IMG/VR virus record: IMGVR_UViG_3300027672_000064
Span: 1 to 27,594 of that record
DNA length: 27,594 nt
Reading direction: 5' to 3' (one strand)
Source: a virus
Taxonomy: Duplodnaviria > Caudoviricetes
In this document: positions 1 to 7,114 of the stretch, in pieces
How the letters are laid out: each line of letters opens with the position of its first letter
How positions within the stretch are numbered: position 1 is the stretch's first letter
Translations under genes and position numbers: made by a program
The notes under the pieces: generated by a model
Told to the model about the DNA's origin: nothing
What the model saw: the letters and a program-made list of their open reading frames with translations, nothing else
Database searches by the model: none

Positions 1-2307
1 GGAGTAGATACAGTAAGTGCTAATACAGATGCAGCGAACAAGCTGTACGTTGACAATGCAATATCAGGTGTACCGCAAGGTGACATCACAAATGTTATAG
101 CTGGCACAGGTATGACAGGTGGTGGTACTTCAGGTTCTGTTACATTAAATGTAATTGGTGGAGATGGTATTACTGCTAACGCAAATAATATCGTTGTAGA
201 TAGTACAGTTGTAAGAACTTCAGGTACTCAAACAATAGGTGGAGGTAAAACATTTTCATCTGGAGTTGTTATATCATCTGCGACTGATACCATGATTGAC
301 CTTAATCAGACAGGTTCAGATACTGGTTGGAGTTATATAAATTTTAAGACATCAGGTACAAGAAACTATTACGTTGGACAAGACTCAAGTAAGAACTTTA
401 ATATATATAATGATAATATAGATGTTCTGGCATTATCTGTATCTTATGCTTCAAACCTTACCACAATTGGTGGTGACTTAACTGTTGCTGGTGGTGATAT
501 AAGTTTAAGCGGAACAGGAAGAATACAAGGTATAGATACAGTTTCAGCTTCAACTGATGCTGTAAACAAAGCTTATGTAGACGCAAAGTCAGTTGGTATA
601 TTAACTTTAGCTTCAGCAAATGGTATAACCGTAACAGGTGGTACAACTGCAAACGCTACAGTTGGTGTAAACTATACAGCTGCAAGTAATAACCTTGTAC
701 ACCCAGCCACCACAATTAGTAGCCTTAATACAGGTACTTCTTATGGTACTTATTTTTTATGTGCAGATAGCAACCCAGGTATTACTTATGGTGCGGTTAG
801 TAAAATAAGAACTGGTAACATGAGACTAAATGACTTTGGCAATCCAGATGGTTCTGTCAGTATGAATGCTCAAAAAATTACTAATGTTGCAACACCAACA
901 GCAACTACAGATGCAGCTAATAAAGCTTATGTAGATGCTAATTCATCATCATTATCAGGTTCTGGTGCTGGTGGTAGAGTAACTATCTGGAGTGGAACTA
1001 ACATCCTTAGTTCTGATGCACAACTTCTTTTTGACACTTCAACAAACAAACTAACATCCACTCTTTTTCAAATACCAAACAATGGTGATTATTTGGGAAC
1101 AGACACAAGTGGTAATGCCAGAACTTTAATATCTTTAACTTCTGGTAATGATGTTGAGGTTTCAAACTCAGCTCTTACTTCTGGATCTGATACTATAATA
1201 TATTTTGGAGATAATTTCCGAGTAAAAGATGGCAGTACAAACCGACTTTCAATAAGCTCAAATGGAACTATGAGCAATTTTGGGAATACATTTAATTCTG
1301 GGCCAATAAATTTAGATGAGGGTAGTAAAATAGTTTTTGATGATGATGGTGATCAATGGAATTATATTTATGCGAATGGAGGAAGTACGGATATGGCAGT
1401 TGGAGGAACTCTTACTTTAATAAATATAGAAGAAAATATATTTGGAGATATAAAGTTAGAAAATATTTATAGCATTATAAATGGTCCAACTTCAAGTAAC
1501 GCTACATTTATTCCTGTTTATACAGATTCTGCAAGTAGCACTGTTCCAAGACTATTGAGAGAGCAAACACCAACACAGTTTTTATCAAATGCTGGAGCTA
1601 TAACAGGATCAGGAACAAGTGGTAGAGTAGCCTTTTTTACAGGAACTCGAACGCAATCATCTGATACTTTATATTGGAGTTCATCTAATAATGTTTTAGG
1701 TATAAATTATAGTGGCACTACGTTTAATAGTGGAGCATTGCAAATACAAGGCCCTACAACCAGCTCAGGTGGAATAGGCATGCAAATATATAACTCCACA
1801 TCAGGCTCTCCTTATGGCGCGCATGGTATATATGTTAATGGGCCAAGATATGGAAACGCTGGTATATCTATTAAAAATCCAAATGTAGGATCTACATTCA
1901 TGAGGTTTTACAGTAGTTCTGGATCTACTGTGGGTACTATAACTCAAAGCGGAAGTTCAAGTACATCTTTTAATACAAGTTCTGATTATAGGTTAAAGGA
2001 GAATATTATACCTATGACTGGCTCAATAGATAGGTTAAAAAAATTAAAACCTTCAAAATTTAATTTTATTGATCAAGATGTTAGTAGAGACGCAACTATT
2101 ACAGTTGATGGATTTATAGCTCATGAGGTTTCTGATATTATTCCAGAAGCTATTACAGGAGAAAAAGATGGAGTAGATTATAAAGGAGATCCTGAATATC
2201 AATCAATTGATCAATCTAAAATAGTTCCTTTATTAACAAGTGCATTGCAAGAAGCTGTAGCTAAAATAGAATCTTTAGAGGCAAGATTAAAACTATTAGA
2301 ATCATAA
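1..2307 (+). CDS. Tail fibre / receptor-binding protein with C-terminal intramolecular chaperone (peptidase S74); 5'-truncated by the window edge
   Basis: The frame is open from base 1 (GVDTVSANTDAANKLYVD...), so ATG112 is internal. G/S/T-rich beta-type sequence with three DAxNKxYVD fibre motifs (28-54, 556-582, 910-936). SDYRLKENI at 1981 is followed by GFIAHEV and a terminal coiled coil (LQEAVAKIESLEARLKLLE), typical of S74 chaperones. Confidence 0.9.
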   Translation, partial: GVDTVSANTDAANKLYVDNAISGVPQGDITNVIAGTGMTGGGTSGSVTLNVIGGDGITANANNIVVDSTVVRTSGTQTIGGGKTFSSGVVISSATDTMIDLNQTGSDTGWSYINFKTSGTRNYYVGQDSSKNFNIYNDNIDVLALSVSYASNLTTIGGDLTVAGGDISLSGTGRIQGIDTVSASTDAVNKAYVDAKSVGILTLASANGITVTGGTTANATVGVNYTAASNNLVHPATTISSLNTGTSYGTYFLCADSNPGITYGAVSKIRTGNMRLNDFGNPDGSVSMNAQKITNVATPTATTDAANKAYVDANSSSLSGSGAGGRVTIWSGTNILSSDAQLLFDTSTNKLTSTLFQIPNNGDYLGTDTSGNARTLISLTSGNDVEVSNSALTSGSDTIIYFGDNFRVKDGSTNRLSISSNGTMSNFGNTFNSGPINLDEGSKIVFDDDGDQWNYIYANGGSTDMAVGGTLTLINIEENIFGDIKLENIYSIINGPTSSNATFIPVYTDSASSTVPRLLREQTPTQFLSNAGAITGSGTSGRVAFFTGTRTQSSDTLYWSSSNNVLGINYSGTTFNSGALQIQGPTTSSGGIGMQIYNSTSGSPYGAHGIYVNGPRYGNAGISIKNPNVGSTFMRFYSSSGSTVGTITQSGSSSTSFNTSSDYRLKENIIPMTGSIDRLKKLKPSKFNFIDQDVSRDATITVDGFIAHEVSDIIPEAITGEKDGVDYKGDPEYQSIDQSKIVPLLTSALQEAVAKIESLEARLKLLES

Positions 2308-2319
2308 AAAAAATATTCT

Positions 2320-2327
2320 TATATTTG
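2320..2327 (+). promoter_or_regulatory. Bacteroidota-type -7 promoter box (TATATTTG)
   Basis: Matches TAnnTTTG; intergenic, 30 nt upstream of ATG2358. No clear -33 TTTG seen. Confidence 0.65.
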
Positions 2328-2357
2328 TGTTAAGTTTAATAAATAAAATATAATCAA

Positions 2358-2612
2358 ATGTCACAACAATTAAGTAAAGAACAGTTAGAATTATTACAAG
2401 GTTTACAAAAACAATTTAATGATTCAAAATTTGAAATTGCAGATTTAGAAATTAAAAAAGCAGATCTTATATCTGGTATAGCTGGTATCAAAGAAAAATT
2501 CGCAGAACAAGAGAAATCTTTAATGGAGGAATTTGGTAAAAATGCAGTTATTAACTTACAAACAGGTGAGGTTAAAGACGAAGAAGAAAAGCCTTTAGAG
2601 GCAGTAGAATAA
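2358..2612 (+). CDS. Small acidic coiled-coil hypothetical protein (84 aa)
   Basis: Heptad pattern (LQGLQKQFNDSKFEIADLEIKKADL) followed by GKNAVINLQTGEV; A-rich start context (AATCAAATG). Function unknown. Confidence 0.75.
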   Translation: MSQQLSKEQLELLQGLQKQFNDSKFEIADLEIKKADLISGIAGIKEKFAEQEKSLMEEFGKNAVINLQTGEVKDEEEKPLEAVE

Positions 2613-2618
2613 AACAAC

Positions 2619-3164
2619 ATGGCAAAAATTAGCAACATATCAGCGTATCCTAACATTAGCAATCTTGATGCAGCAGATTATTTAATTATAACTGACGCGG
2701 AAAATAACTTAATGACTAAGACTTGTACAATAAGTGCGTTACAATCTTTATTTGGAATTGACACTTTTGTTGCTAAAGTAGCTGTAACAAGTTCTCAATT
2801 ATCAACTATTTTCACATCACCAGTTACATTAATTCCTAATCCTGGAGCTGGAAAAGTTTTAGATATTATGAGTGTAATGACTTCTTTCGATGCAGGGAAT
2901 GCTGTTTATGATTTTGCGTCTGGGAATAATTTGTTATTATTAGCAGGCTCTTCAAATCAATACGCTATATTAACTGGTACTTTAAATAGTGCAACAGATT
3001 CTGTTAAAAAATTAGCGCTAAATGTTGCAAGTGGAAGTCAAATAGATATTCCTTCAGGAGTTCCATTTACTTTGCAAGCAAATTCAGCTAACCCAACTCA
3101 AGGAAATGGATTATTATATTTAAACATATCTTATAGAGTTCTTACAGTGGGAACATCATTTTAA
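2619..3164 (+). CDS. Putative short virion appendage / structural protein (181 aa)
   Basis: N-terminal MAKISNISAYP...YLIITDAENNLMTKT resembles fibre-anchoring segments (recall); beta-rich C-terminal part; lies near the tail fibre gene. Confidence 0.5.
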   Translation: MAKISNISAYPNISNLDAADYLIITDAENNLMTKTCTISALQSLFGIDTFVAKVAVTSSQLSTIFTSPVTLIPNPGAGKVLDIMSVMTSFDAGNAVYDFASGNNLLLLAGSSNQYAILTGTLNSATDSVKKLALNVASGSQIDIPSGVPFTLQANSANPTQGNGLLYLNISYRVLTVGTSF

Positions 3165-3168
3165 TTAA

Positions 3169-3393
3169 ATGGACATAAGAAAAATTTCAATCGGAGCAGA
3201 CTATAAGTCTGGCGCTATGCATTATATAGTAGGTCAGGATGTTTTAGGCGGCAGTTATGGAATACATCTTATTCAGCATGATGTTGCTTCAGAGTCTTAC
3301 AAAATTTGGATTATGAAAAAGGATGAAGTCTTGCTTTGGAAAGAATTTAAATGTACCTTACCTATATCTTTAGAATATAATATAAATTTTTAA
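3169..3393 (+). CDS. Hypothetical phage protein (74 aa)
   Basis: Clean ORF, coupled to the next gene by a TAATG stop/start overlap. Confidence 0.7.
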   Translation: MDIRKISIGADYKSGAMHYIVGQDVLGGSYGIHLIQHDVASESYKIWIMKKDEVLLWKEFKCTLPISLEYNINF

Positions 3394-3956
3394 TGAAATC
3401 TCCTTATTCGTTTATTGTAAAACCTTATAATAATAAGAGATACGATAACACAAAAACTTACGGTGAAACTAATTTTATCATAAGTACTTCAGAAGAAGAC
3501 CATAGTGCGTCAAATCGTTACGCAATTGTAGTATCAACCCCTATAGATTATTCAGGGCCTGTAAAAGAGGGTGACACCCTTTTAGTTCATCATAATGTAT
3601 TTAAGTTTTATAATGATATGCAGGGCCGTAGAAAAAGCGGCAAAAGTTATTTTAAAGATAATTTATTTTTTGTAGATCCTGATCAGTTTTTTTTATACAA
3701 ACAAAATGGAGAATGGAGAGGGTACAATAAATATTGTTTCATCAAACCATCTCCTGCAAAAAATTCTTTTATTAAAAAATCTATTACAGAAGAACCCTTG
3801 TTTGGTACTATTAAGTATATAAATAATCAACTTTTAAGTATGGGTTTAAATGTTGGTGATGAGATTTCTTATCAACCAGAAAGTGAATATGAATTTAATG
3901 TAGATGGAGAGCGGTTGTATAGGATGTTTACTAACAATATAACCTTTTCATTATGA
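3393..3956 (+). CDS. GroES/Cpn10-like co-chaperonin, apparently two tandem domains (187 aa)
   Basis: Both halves follow the GroES pattern: FIVKP...AIVVSTP...VKEGDTLLV and CFIKP...GTIKY...LNVGDEISY...EFNVDGERLYRMFTNNI (compare GroES VKVGDxV...EVKxDGEEYLILRESDI). Confidence 0.65.
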   Translation: MKSPYSFIVKPYNNKRYDNTKTYGETNFIISTSEEDHSASNRYAIVVSTPIDYSGPVKEGDTLLVHHNVFKFYNDMQGRRKSGKSYFKDNLFFVDPDQFFLYKQNGEWRGYNKYCFIKPSPAKNSFIKKSITEEPLFGTIKYINNQLLSMGLNVGDEISYQPESEYEFNVDGERLYRMFTNNITFSL

Positions 3957-4534
3957 TATATATTGTAGATGATTTTGTACAAAAAAATCTTTTTGAAATA
4001 GCTAATAAATATTTAGACGAAAATGAGTTTAAAAAAATAAAAGCTGGAGATAAAGATTTCCATATTCAAGAATCAAATGAAGAGTTTGATAAATATATAA
4101 CACAAAAAATATCTATTATTGAAGGCAAGGAAATTAAAAATATTTTAAGTTTTTTTAGAATTGCTACAGATAAATTAGATGTTTCTTGGCGTATTCATTC
4201 TGACTTAAATATTAATGGAGAAAAACCTGACAGAGCATTGGTTCTTTATTTATCTCCAAGAGAAAAAGAAGAACTTCATGGTACTGCATTATGGGAGCAT
4301 GATATATATGGAAGAGAAATACCTAAAGATATTACAGATGAAGAGTATGATAAAATGATAAAAGTAGATGCAAATACTTTAGAAAAATGGAGGTTAAGCA
4401 CTGTAGTTGGTTACGAAGAAAATAGATTAGTTTCTTATCCCTCAAGTTATTTTCACAGTAAATATCCTAACGTATCTTGGAAAGAAGGAAGGAAAGCTTT
4501 TGTAATGTTTTATAAAGTTTCTGATTATGAATAA
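3953..4534 (+). CDS. 2OG-Fe(II)-dependent oxygenase-fold protein (193 aa)
   Basis: IYIVDDF N-terminus, HxD (RIHSD), ALVLYLSP, GTALW, ENRLVSYPSSYFHS (distal His) and a conserved Arg (GRKAFVMF): the facial-triad pattern of phage 2OG-Fe(II) oxygenases. Confidence 0.75.
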   Translation: MIYIVDDFVQKNLFEIANKYLDENEFKKIKAGDKDFHIQESNEEFDKYITQKISIIEGKEIKNILSFFRIATDKLDVSWRIHSDLNINGEKPDRALVLYLSPREKEELHGTALWEHDIYGREIPKDITDEEYDKMIKVDANTLEKWRLSTVVGYEENRLVSYPSSYFHSKYPNVSWKEGRKAFVMFYKVSDYE

Positions 4535-4655
4535 GAAAGAAATTAATAAAAAAAATTCTGATTGGGAAGATAAAGTAGATAAATTAAAACTTAAATATAA
4601 TCGAAATCAAGATGGATATAAAAAACATAAAAAAAGAGATTATAAAAGCTGGTGA
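4527..4655 (+). CDS. Possible small basic protein (42 aa), absent from the ORF track
   Basis: Manual translation ATG4527-TGA4655: MNKKEINKKNSDWEDKVDKLKLKYNRNQDGYKKHKKRDYKSW. It overlaps both neighbours and fills the 77-nt gap between them. Confidence 0.4.
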   Translation: MNKKEINKKNSDWEDKVDKLKLKYNRNQDGYKKHKKRDYKSW

Positions 4656-4887
4656 ATTAGCTGTTCATCAATTAATTAAAGTTGCAAAAGCAGACATTAT
4701 TAAATACGATAGCGAAGATGATCTGGCTGCGGATAAATTAAAAAATGCTGCTGCTACAAAAAAGTTAGCAATATTTGACGCATTTGAAATACTAAAAAGA
4801 ATACAAGAAGAAAAAGACTTGTTGGAAGGAGTTGACACTAAAATAAGTAATACACCAAAAGGATTTGCAGAAAGAAATTCAAAATAA
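4612..4887 (+). CDS. Probable terminase small subunit (91 aa)
   Basis: Small helical protein immediately upstream of and overlapping TerL. Assignment by position and size only. Confidence 0.5.
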   Translation: MDIKNIKKEIIKAGELAVHQLIKVAKADIIKYDSEDDLAADKLKNAAATKKLAIFDAFEILKRIQEEKDLLEGVDTKISNTPKGFAERNSK

Positions 4888-7114
4888 AATATATAATGAG
4901 CTTGTTAACATAGTTCCAAAAAATGTTTTGTCTATAAAAAACAAAGCTAAATCATGGACTTATGGATATAATGAGAAATATAATTTTGTTGTAATTTCAA
5001 AAACAGGTCAAATTGAAAATATAATAAATATAAGTGGATTAAATATAGCATTACCTAAAGCTCCTAAAAGCTTTATTAAAAGATCAGAAAAAAAAGAAGA
5101 GCAATATTGGGAAGCAACAGAAATTCCTAAACAATTAAAAAAAATTAAATCTATATTTCAATGGCATGACACCCCTGCAAGTTTTAAAAACGAATGGGTT
5201 GATTACATAGAAACTCAGTTTAATTATAGAGAACAAGGATGTTGGTTTTTAAACAAAGGTGTTCCAACTTATATCACAGGTACACATTATATGTATTTGC
5301 AATGGACTAAAATAGATATTGGATTACCAGATTTTAGAGAAGCAAATAGAATTTTTTATATTTTTTGGGAAGCTTGTAAAGCGGATAAACGAAGTTTTGG
5401 AATGGACTATTTAAAAATTAGACGTTCTGGGTTTTCATTTATGGCATCGTGTGAAGGTGTTAACACTGGGACTATTACTAAAGATGCTCGTATAGGTGTT
5501 TTATCTAAAACTGGTTCGGATGCTAAAAAAATGTTTACAGATAAAATAGTTCCTATATCTAATAACTACCCTTTCTTTTTTAAACCCATACAAGATGGTA
5601 TGGATAAACCTAAAACAGAATTAGCATATAGAGTTCCTGCTTCTAAGATCACTAAAAAAAATATGTATTTAACTGAAGATCAAGAACTTGAAGGTTTAGA
5701 TACAACTATTGACTGGAAAAATACTGGAGACAACAGTTATGATGGAGAAAAATTACAATTACTTTTGCATGATGAGAGTGGTAAATGGGAGCGTCCTGAT
5801 AATATTTTAAATAACTGGAGGGTTACAAAAACCTGTTTGCGTTTAGGTAGCAAGGTTATAGGTAAATGTATGATGGGTTCAACTTCAAATGCCTTAGATA
5901 AAGGTGGTTCTAATTTTAAAAAATTATACAATGATTCAGACTGCACTAAAAGAAATTCAAATGGTCAAACAAAAAGTGGGTTATATTCACTTTTTATCCC
6001 TATGGAATGGAACATGGAGGGTTTTATTGATAGATATGGGATGCCAGTTTTTAGATCTCCTGAAAAACCAATTTTAGGAATAGACAATGAATTTATATTT
6101 CAAGGTGCTGTTGATTATTGGGAAAATGAAGTAGATTCTTTAAAACAAGATCCTGATGCTTTAAATGAATTTTACAGACAATTTCCTCGATCAGAGTCTC
6201 ATGCTTTTAGAGATGAAAGCAAGCAGTCTATATTTAATCTTACTAAGATATATCAACAAATTGATTACAATGATTCTTTAATTACTGACCGATATGTAAC
6301 ACAGGGATCTTTTTCTTGGGAGAACGGAATTAAAGATAGTAGGGTAATTTGGACGCCTAATAAAAGAGGTAGATTTTTTGTAACTTGGTTACCAGAAAAA
6401 GCGTTGCAAAACAATGTTATAAATAAGAATGGTAAAAAATATCCAGGGAATGAACATGTAGGTACATTTGGATGTGATTCTTATGATATATCAGGGGTAG
6501 TTGTCGGTAAAGGATCTAACGGTTCTTTACATGGATTAACAAAGTTTAATATGGATAATGCTCCAAGTAATGAATTTTTCTTAGAATACATAGCTCGTCC
6601 TCAAACTGCTGAACTGTTTTTTGAAGATGTTTTAATGGCGATAGTATTTTATGGTATGCCAATATTATGTGAAAACAATAAACCTCGATTATTGTATCAT
6701 TTAAAAAATAGAGGTTATCGTGGGTTTAGTGTTAATAGGCCTGATAAGGTTTTTAATAAATTATCAAAAACTGAAAAAGAATTAGGCGGTATTCCTAACT
6801 CCAGCGAAGATGTAAAACAATCACACGCTTCTGCTATAGAATCGTATATAGAAAAGTATGTGGGATTAGATATGGAAGGATCGTATAGAGATAAAGATGA
6901 TATGGGTGTAATGAATTTTCATAGAACCTTAGAGGATTGGGCGAAATTTGATATAAGCAATAGAACTAAGTTTGATGCTTCTATTAGTTCTGGTTTAGCA
7001 ATAATGGCTAATCAAAAACACCTGTACACTCCTACTAAAGAAAAATCGAAAATAAGCATTAACTTTGCAAGATATAATAACACAGCCTCGGTTAGTCAAT
7101 TACTTAATAAATGA
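4865..7114 (+). CDS. terL: Terminase large subunit (749 aa if TTG start)
   Basis: Walker A-like LKIRRSGFS, Walker B LLLHDESGKW, motif III MMGSTSN, FIPMEWN, RQFP and nuclease motif FGCDSYD; directly upstream of the portal. Start codon uncertain. Confidence 0.92.
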   Translation: MQKEIQNKIYNELVNIVPKNVLSIKNKAKSWTYGYNEKYNFVVISKTGQIENIINISGLNIALPKAPKSFIKRSEKKEEQYWEATEIPKQLKKIKSIFQWHDTPASFKNEWVDYIETQFNYREQGCWFLNKGVPTYITGTHYMYLQWTKIDIGLPDFREANRIFYIFWEACKADKRSFGMDYLKIRRSGFSFMASCEGVNTGTITKDARIGVLSKTGSDAKKMFTDKIVPISNNYPFFFKPIQDGMDKPKTELAYRVPASKITKKNMYLTEDQELEGLDTTIDWKNTGDNSYDGEKLQLLLHDESGKWERPDNILNNWRVTKTCLRLGSKVIGKCMMGSTSNALDKGGSNFKKLYNDSDCTKRNSNGQTKSGLYSLFIPMEWNMEGFIDRYGMPVFRSPEKPILGIDNEFIFQGAVDYWENEVDSLKQDPDALNEFYRQFPRSESHAFRDESKQSIFNLTKIYQQIDYNDSLITDRYVTQGSFSWENGIKDSRVIWTPNKRGRFFVTWLPEKALQNNVINKNGKKYPGNEHVGTFGCDSYDISGVVVGKGSNGSLHGLTKFNMDNAPSNEFFLEYIARPQTAELFFEDVLMAIVFYGMPILCENNKPRLLYHLKNRGYRGFSVNRPDKVFNKLSKTEKELGGIPNSSEDVKQSHASAIESYIEKYVGLDMEGSYRDKDDMGVMNFHRTLEDWAKFDISNRTKFDASISSGLAIMANQKHLYTPTKEKSKISINFARYNNTASVSQLLNK
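7060..7067 (+). promoter_or_regulatory. Bacteroidota-type -7 promoter box (TAACTTTG) within the terL 3' end
   Basis: TAnnTTTG about 43 nt upstream of portal ATG7111; identical to the box upstream of the scaffold gene. Confidence 0.5.

Noticed and set aside
112-114. ATG112 as the tail fibre start
   Set aside because: The frame is open from base 1 and already contains a fibre motif, so the gene starts upstream of the window.
1-2307. Diversity-generating retroelement target in the tail fibre
   Set aside because: No reverse transcriptase or template/variable repeat pair is visible in the window, and the fibre ends in an S74 chaperone.
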